Origin: a virus | Taxonomy: Duplodnaviria; Caudoviricetes | Direction: 5' to 3' (one strand) | Virus record (IMG/VR): IMGVR_UViG_3300035002_000017 | Span: 1 to 48,395 of that record | DNA length: 48,395 nucleotides | Shown: one piece after another, positions 43,851-48,395 of the stretch | Position numbering within the stretch: position 1 is the first letter of the stretch | Layout of the letters: each line of letters starts with the position of its first letter | The notes under the pieces: model-generated | What the model saw: only the letters and a program-made list of their open reading frames with translations | Database searches by the model: none | Told to the model about the DNA's origin: nothing | Made by a program: the position numbers and the translations under genes

Positions 43851-44142
43851 GCTTTTGTTTTTGGTTTACGCCGCCAAATCCAGTTTGGTCAGCCGGTTGT
43901 TCTTTTCCAGTCCCTTCATCAGTGCCGCCCCCTGCCTCGAATAGGGTGTACTCCCGTCCCGCGCTTCGCTGTGTTGCTCGAAACTACCCGCCGCTAACGG
44001 TTTACAACGATTTTCGGTGTAGACTGAAAGTGGCACGCAAAGCGCGGAGTTGGCGGCTATCCGCCCGGCGCGACCCCTCCCGGTCGCTTTTGCCAAAACC
44101 CACGCGGCAGGCTTAAAACCCACGGTGGGACCGGGCTAAACA

Positions 44143-44385
44143 CTACGTTGCTATTTCATGGTCGGGGTGGTTTTGGGGTTGCGGTAAATACTTGGCCTTC
44201 CTGAACAAAAAGAAGTAATTCGACGGGTAGGAGTTCTTGATCGCGTCGGGCTTGGCATCCTTCGGGATTTTCACGCCCAATTGCTTGAATCCCGTGCGGG
44301 TGTCGAGGGACTTAGGCACCTGATCCCATTTCGAGTAGACCGGAACGCCGAACTCGCGTTCTAATTCATGCTTCAGCTTTTTCAT
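44143..44385 (-). CDS. Hypothetical basic protein
   Basis: 80 aa. Confidence 0.7.
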   Translation of the reverse strand: MKKLKHELEREFGVPVYSKWDQVPKSLDTRTGFKQLGVKIPKDAKPDAIKNSYPSNYFFLFRKAKYLPQPQNHPDHEIAT

Positions 44386-44404
44386 GGGTCACGTCGGTTT
44401 TAAG

Positions 44405-44497
44405 TCAGACCCCCAACCCCCGCCGCCCGTCGTCCTTCGGGGGCCGGGAAATCCAGTAGAGGGCAATCGACAAGGCGAGGAAGGCGAGGGCTTTCAT
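44405..44497 (-). CDS. 30-aa single-TM peptide (not in ORF track)
   Basis: MKALAFLALSIALYWISRPPKDDGRRGLGV*; ATGA-coupled to the upstream stop. Confidence 0.5.
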   Translation of the reverse strand: MKALAFLALSIALYWISRPPKDDGRRGLGV

Positions 44498-44718
44498 TTC
44501 GATTCGAGTTTTTCGAGTTCCGTTTTCAAATTCTCCCAGTGGTGCGGCGGGCACAACTCCCAATTCGATTGACGGGCCATGAGCACGGTGAACGTGCCGT
44601 AGGGGATTTTGGCCTTCGCCAAAATGGCGGTCTTCTTTCGCTGGATTTCCGGGGCGTTGTTGCCCAGGGCGGCCAGGTTCAAGCGGCGCAGGAGGGTGGA
44701 TTTTTCGGGGTTGGTCAT
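44494..44718 (-). CDS. Hypothetical protein
   Basis: ATG 44718 (ATGA overlap) MTNPEKSTLLRR... Confidence 0.65.
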   Translation of the reverse strand: MTNPEKSTLLRRLNLAALGNNAPEIQRKKTAILAKAKIPYGTFTVLMARQSNWELCPPHHWENLKTELEKLESK

Positions 44719-44939
44719 GGTTTGATTCGTTTCAGGCACCCGGCCAGTTCCTTGGCGTATTTGGCCGCCTCCCCTTCCCAGGCTTCCGCCTCCGATTGGT
44801 AGCGTTCCGCCCGGCGTTTGAGGCACAGCACCCGGCACAGGCGGGCGAAGAATCGGTAGGTCTGGGCCATGGATTCGGCGGATTCAATCAAGCCCGTGTA
44901 GGCTTGTTCCAGGCCGGGGAGTTCGGGGCGGGTGGTCAT
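44715..44939 (-). CDS. Hypothetical protein
   Basis: 74 aa helical. Confidence 0.65.
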   Translation of the reverse strand: MTTRPELPGLEQAYTGLIESAESMAQTYRFFARLCRVLCLKRRAERYQSEAEAWEGEAAKYAKELAGCLKRIKP

Positions 44940-45039
44940 GGGGTTAGTCAGGTTGAGCAGCTTCCAACACCCGCCGCACTAACCGGGCGGCAGGGGTGCG
45001 GGGGTGTTGTGTTGGGCTTCGGGCATGGGGAGTGGAGGT

Positions 45040-46881
45040 TTAGAAGGGAACGTCGGTTTCGGGAAAGGTGCGGCTCCAGTCGAAGATGCTGGTTTCGGGG
45101 GCGGCGGGCTCTTCTTCCTTCGGGGGCGGTTGGTGTTCGGCGGGGTTCCATTTCTCGAAAGGCGAACCGTAAACCGGTTCTTTGAAGCGGTTCGTTGCCC
45201 GGTCGAAAGACCAGGTGACGCGGCCCGGAACGCCGACAAGTTTTTGCTTTTTGATTTTTCGGACGATGATTTCAACCACCGCGTTTTTAGGGTCGGACGA
45301 CTGAAACGGGCGGTGAACGACCAGAAAATTATCAATCTTGTTGCCCCACATGGCCCCGCCCGACAAATCGTAAAAATCAACCTCCTCGTATTCCCCGTCC
45401 TTGTTTTTGCGCATCCCGCGCGGGTGCGCCGTCATCGTGTAGCAGATGTTGTGCGTAAGGGCAAACCGCTTGCGGTCGGAAAGGAACCCGTCAAGGAATT
45501 GGTCGTCGCGTTCGGTGAACTGACGACTGAGTTGGTTGAAGGGGTCAACCAGCACGCCCTTACACCCGAATTCCCGAATGGCGTACTCGAAATTGCGCTC
45601 GATTTCCTCCACCGTGTGCTTGGTATCGGGGTAGAGGAAAAAGAAATGGTCTTGGATGAACTGCGCGGCGGCGGTGTACTCGGCTTCCGTCATCACGTTG
45701 GAGAACCGCTGCTCAACGGCCTTGCCAACCAGGGCGTGAATGAGCGTATCGTAGAATTCATCCGCCGGGAAGTTTTCGGGAGTGAATACGGCCCACTTCC
45801 ACCCGTCGAAAGCCGCCTTTGCCAGCATCAACTGATAGACGAATTCGGATTTGCCCGAATTCGGACGACCCGAAAACAAAGTGAAGTCCCCGGCCTTCCA
45901 GGTGAAATGCGGGTTAAGGCTGTTGAAGTACGTGCTTTCGCCTTTGGCCTTGCCGTGACGGAAACCGTCAAGCATCCGGGGGAACACGTCGCTGACGAAC
46001 ACAAACCCGTGCTGGGCCGTCGTTTTCGGGGCGGGCGTGGTTTCGTGTTCGTAGAGCGGTTTTTGTTTGCCGTAGGCAATGCCGTCGCGGATGGTCTTGC
46101 GGGCGGCTTCCGAATCGTCAACGCCCGGCTTGCCCAGGATTTCAGCCTCCAGGGCCAGCACCGCCGCCGCCTCATCGAAGTACCCGCTCGCGATGTAGCC
46201 CCCGGCCAAACGCGCGGCCTTCAGCAGGACGTGGTGTTTCTCGCCGTCCACGGCGGCGCGGATCATGGCCGCGCAGATGTTGAGTTTGGCGTAATCGGCC
46301 CGAACCGCACCCGAAGGCGAAAGCGGGCGCGGCGGCGGCGGGGCTTCCTGCGGGGCTTCGTAGTCCGTGAATTCCTCCGCCTCCGGGTTAATGTAAATAT
46401 CCGGATCGTGGCTTTCGTAGCAAATCCGGCTTTCGTTCACCCCGGAGGCGTCACAGGACGGGAACCGTTTGCGCAGGGCGGCGAAGTGCCCCCGGTGCTG
46501 GGAGGCCACGGGCGGCACCCGAACCAGCACCTTCACGCCGGTATGGGTCGGGGAAAGAAACGCCGCGTACACGAACGGCTTTTCCTTCATCGAATCCCGG
46601 AAGGCGTAGGCATTGGGGAGGTGGTCAAAGTCGAGGCAGATTAGCCCGCTGTGCTGGCTGAGGGCGTTGTCGGCCCGCTGGAGGAACACGCCCGAAAACA
46701 GGATGCAGGGGAGTTCGGCTTTCAGTTTGCGTTTTTTGTCCCGGTCGGCTTCCGTCTGCACAGCCCGCACTTTGGCGGCAACCCGGCCCGTTTTGATGCG
46801 GTCAAGGATTTTCTGAACCGGCACGCAGTACGGCGTTTTGGTTTCGCTGTAGCGGGCAAATACGGTAACGGTGGGGTTCAT
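45040..46881 (-). CDS. BT4734/VirE_N-type primase fused to an SF4 (DnaB/T7 gp4-like) helicase
   Basis: KAELPCILFSG.F...HSGLICLDFDH...FLSPT..GVKVLV...D.SG.NESRICY.S.D; Walker A GRPNSGKS, LVDPFNQL, AHP, DLSGG..W.NK.DN. Confidence 0.9.
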   Translation of the reverse strand: MNPTVTVFARYSETKTPYCVPVQKILDRIKTGRVAAKVRAVQTEADRDKKRKLKAELPCILFSGVFLQRADNALSQHSGLICLDFDHLPNAYAFRDSMKEKPFVYAAFLSPTHTGVKVLVRVPPVASQHRGHFAALRKRFPSCDASGVNESRICYESHDPDIYINPEAEEFTDYEAPQEAPPPPRPLSPSGAVRADYAKLNICAAMIRAAVDGEKHHVLLKAARLAGGYIASGYFDEAAAVLALEAEILGKPGVDDSEAARKTIRDGIAYGKQKPLYEHETTPAPKTTAQHGFVFVSDVFPRMLDGFRHGKAKGESTYFNSLNPHFTWKAGDFTLFSGRPNSGKSEFVYQLMLAKAAFDGWKWAVFTPENFPADEFYDTLIHALVGKAVEQRFSNVMTEAEYTAAAQFIQDHFFFLYPDTKHTVEEIERNFEYAIREFGCKGVLVDPFNQLSRQFTERDDQFLDGFLSDRKRFALTHNICYTMTAHPRGMRKNKDGEYEEVDFYDLSGGAMWGNKIDNFLVVHRPFQSSDPKNAVVEIIVRKIKKQKLVGVPGRVTWSFDRATNRFKEPVYGSPFEKWNPAEHQPPPKEEEPAAPETSIFDWSRTFPETDVPF

Positions 46882-47120
46882 TGGGCAGCGGGTTGAAACG
46901 GCGAGAGCATCAAACGAATGTCGGCGGGGTGGTGCGGGTGGTTGGGCTTTTCCAGTTCGAGGGTATCAACACCGACCTGGTAGCAGATTTCGAGTTTCAG
47001 GCGAAGGCACAAATCCGACGGTTCGGGCTGGTGGCTGAGTTCGTGCAGCAGGTACATCAGGGGCAGTTCCGACAAGGGAACGCCCTGAAATTTTCCGTAG
47101 GGCATCGCGGGGCTTTGCAT
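46878..47120 (-). CDS. DUF3820-like small protein
   Basis: MPYGKFQGVPLSELP..YL motif. Confidence 0.7.
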   Translation of the reverse strand: MQSPAMPYGKFQGVPLSELPLMYLLHELSHQPEPSDLCLRLKLEICYQVGVDTLELEKPNHPHHPADIRLMLSPFQPAAQ

Positions 47121-47124
47121 GGCG

Positions 47125-48120
47125 TCAGGCGGTTGCGGGGGTTCTCAGGTGAATCGGCATCATGTGCGGAAACCTCCTCCACTGCTCCCGCAATTCCTGT
47201 TTGTAGGATTCGCTGTATTCGCCCCACAAATCGCCGTCGGGCGTCCAGACGGGCTGGTTGGGGTCGTAGGCGGGGACGACGGGGGCGGGCTTCTTTTGAC
47301 CGGGGGCGGCTTTAAGGGTCTTGGCGACTTCCTGGGCTACCCAGTTGAGAATCGTCAGGTAGTCCGATTTGTAGGTTTTGCCCGTCGAACCCTTGTAGGC
47401 GTCCAGTTTGTCGTAGCACCGTTCCCGGAACTCTTCACCGTACTGCTCGAAAAGTTTCTGGTGTTCGGCCTCCGTCAGCGTGACCCGTTCGCGGTAAGCG
47501 GTTTTTGGGGGGGCGGCGTCGGGCTTCGCGCGCGCGGCGGTTTTCTTTTTTTCGGTTGGGGCGGTTTGTTGGGTGTGCCCCGCTTCAACTGAATTTTGGA
47601 ACCCTTCGGCGGTTTGCCCCCCGAACGGATGTTCCTCGCGCGAAGCGGCGTTAGCCGCTGTGTTTTCTGTTTTGCTTTCTACTTTGTTTTCTTCTTTGCT
47701 TTCTTCCTTATAAAGAGGGGTAACGAAATTCGTTAGAGCCTCTAAAGAATTTCGTTGGAGGCTGTTATGGATTTCGTTAGAGCCTGTAACGTTTTTCGTT
47801 AGAGCCTGTAACGAATTTCTGTATAGCTCTAACGAATTTCGTAAGAGGCTATAAAGAATTTCGGTATAGCTTATACGCCGCTTCCGCTCCCACCTTTGAT
47901 TCACTTCAACGCTGAGGTATCCCGCCTTTTTCAGCTTTGCCAGGGTTGCCGAAATGTAATTCGGAGAAAGCCGCGTCCATGCCGCAAGTTCTTCGTTCGT
48001 GGCCTCACATTCCCGGTCTTTCGACAGGGCTTTGATTTGCGCCAGCAGGATTTGTTCGGCGGGCGAAAACTCGTCCACGGCCAAAATTTCGACGGGTATC
48101 CAGATTCCAGTGAAGTTCAC
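47125..48120 (-). CDS. Replication initiator (N-terminal wHTH, lambda O-like layout)
   Basis: GIWIP...EQILLA.I..L....C.ATNE.LA....S...IS..L.KL...GY; internal iterons; YKSDY.TILNW C-terminal domain. Confidence 0.85.
   Translation of the reverse strand: MNFTGIWIPVEILAVDEFSPAEQILLAQIKALSKDRECEATNEELAAWTRLSPNYISATLAKLKKAGYLSVEVNQRWERKRRISYTEILYSLLRNSLELYRNSLQALTKNVTGSNEIHNSLQRNSLEALTNFVTPLYKEESKEENKVESKTENTAANAASREEHPFGGQTAEGFQNSVEAGHTQQTAPTEKKKTAARAKPDAAPPKTAYRERVTLTEAEHQKLFEQYGEEFRERCYDKLDAYKGSTGKTYKSDYLTILNWVAQEVAKTLKAAPGQKKPAPVVPAYDPNQPVWTPDGDLWGEYSESYKQELREQWRRFPHMMPIHLRTPATA
47721..47873. repeat. Seven ~22-bp tandem iterons (putative replication origin)
   Basis: Units start at 47721, 47743, 47765, 47787, 47809, 47830, 47852; consensus TAACGAATTTCGTTAGAGCCTG with an internal palindrome; an AT-rich tract flanks them at ~47660-47715. 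Confidence 0.85.
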
Positions 48121-48143
48121 GGCAGGGAGTTGATTAGGTGGGG

Positions 48144-48395
48144 TCAGGCGTCAACCTCTTCGGTCTTGTCGAGCAGGGTTTCGACCTCCGTTTTAATCTC
48201 CGGAGCTAACGGGTGATTTTTGATGTGGCCGTGAACCACGTTGTAAACCAGGGTATTTGTTACTGCCCCCTCCCCGTGCCGGGCATTGATGACGGCAACC
48301 ACCTTAGGGGCGTATCCGTGCATATCCGGGCTGCGGCGGATGCGAAGTGCAAGGTCTGTTGTACGCCGTTTAATAATAATTTGTGGCTGGTGCAT
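48144..48395 (-). CDS. Hypothetical protein, Cro-like position
   Basis: 83 aa, first gene of the leftward train; VTNTLVYNVVHG resembles an HTH recognition helix. Confidence 0.6.
   Translation of the reverse strand: MHQPQIIIKRRTTDLALRIRRSPDMHGYAPKVVAVINARHGEGAVTNTLVYNVVHGHIKNHPLAPEIKTEVETLLDKTEEVDA

Larger units (their letters stand above)
11798..48137 (-). promoter_or_regulatory. Dispersed leader motif ACAATCAACTC (8 copies) just upstream of start codons
   Basis: + strand GAGTTGATTGT or near-match at 11798, 12331, 17059, 18384, 25623, 29192, 37834, 48127; each 3-14 nt before a - strand start codon. Confidence 0.7.
1..48395. mobile_element. Tailed dsDNA phage/prophage (siphovirus, HK97-type head), probable Bacteroidota host
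   Basis: Ordered terminase-portal-protease-capsid-connector-tail-tape measure-fibre-lysis modules plus replication genes; no host housekeeping genes; window starts with ATG and ends with CAT (trimmed at gene boundaries). Confidence 0.97.

Noticed and set aside
43890-43925. CTGATGA...GAAA hammerhead-like core on the - strand
   Set aside because: Stem II is at most 2 bp and no stems I/III or cleavage triplet can be built
43866-44123. 85-aa ORF ending LAA (tmRNA-tag-like)
   Set aside because: No tmRNA tRNA-like ends visible and the translation is not convincingly protein-like; left uncalled
45004-46644. 546-aa + strand ORF
   Set aside because: Antisense shadow of the primase-helicase; typical of high-GC codon bias, no motifs
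47721-47873. Repeat array as CRISPR
   Set aside because: Units are contiguous without unique spacers, lie inside the initiator gene, and no cas genes are present
1-48395. tRNA/rRNA genes
   Set aside because: No canonical T-loop/acceptor cloverleaf found by eye in intergenic gaps; a tRNAscan run would be needed to exclude fully

Overview
The whole window is a near-complete ~48 kb tailed dsDNA phage (siphovirus) genome with an HK97-type head module. The host is probably a high-GC Bacteroidota (Cytophagales-like), inferred from the lack of Shine-Dalgarno sites, a TAnnTTTG promoter, a BT4734/VirE_N primase and 'A-Q' signal peptides. 1-6.0 kb on + is a train of short early genes. From 48.4 kb leftwards on - come: a replication initiator with 22-bp iterons, a VirE_N primase/SF4 helicase fusion, VRR-NUC and small genes; then HNH, a PLD-like gene, terS/terL, an inserted antirepressor/moron block, portal, protease, capsid, connectors, tail tube, frameshifted chaperones, tape measure and hub; then a fibre/glycanase cluster and the lysis cassette. 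No integrase or CI-type repressor is recognisable. Most notable: (i) three fibre-cluster proteins carry Sec signal peptides; (ii) a membrane-anchored, output-less PAS protein ends the lysis cassette, next to a spanin-like overlapping pair without a lipobox; (iii) a c4/CI-like antisense-RNA switch sits upstream of the antirepressors; (iv) a DUF305 half-domain is fused to the prohead protease; (v) an ACAATCAACTC leader motif precedes 8 genes; (vi) an unannotated basic peptide ends in an SSB-like DVPF tip. All family calls are from motif recognition by eye; no searches were run.
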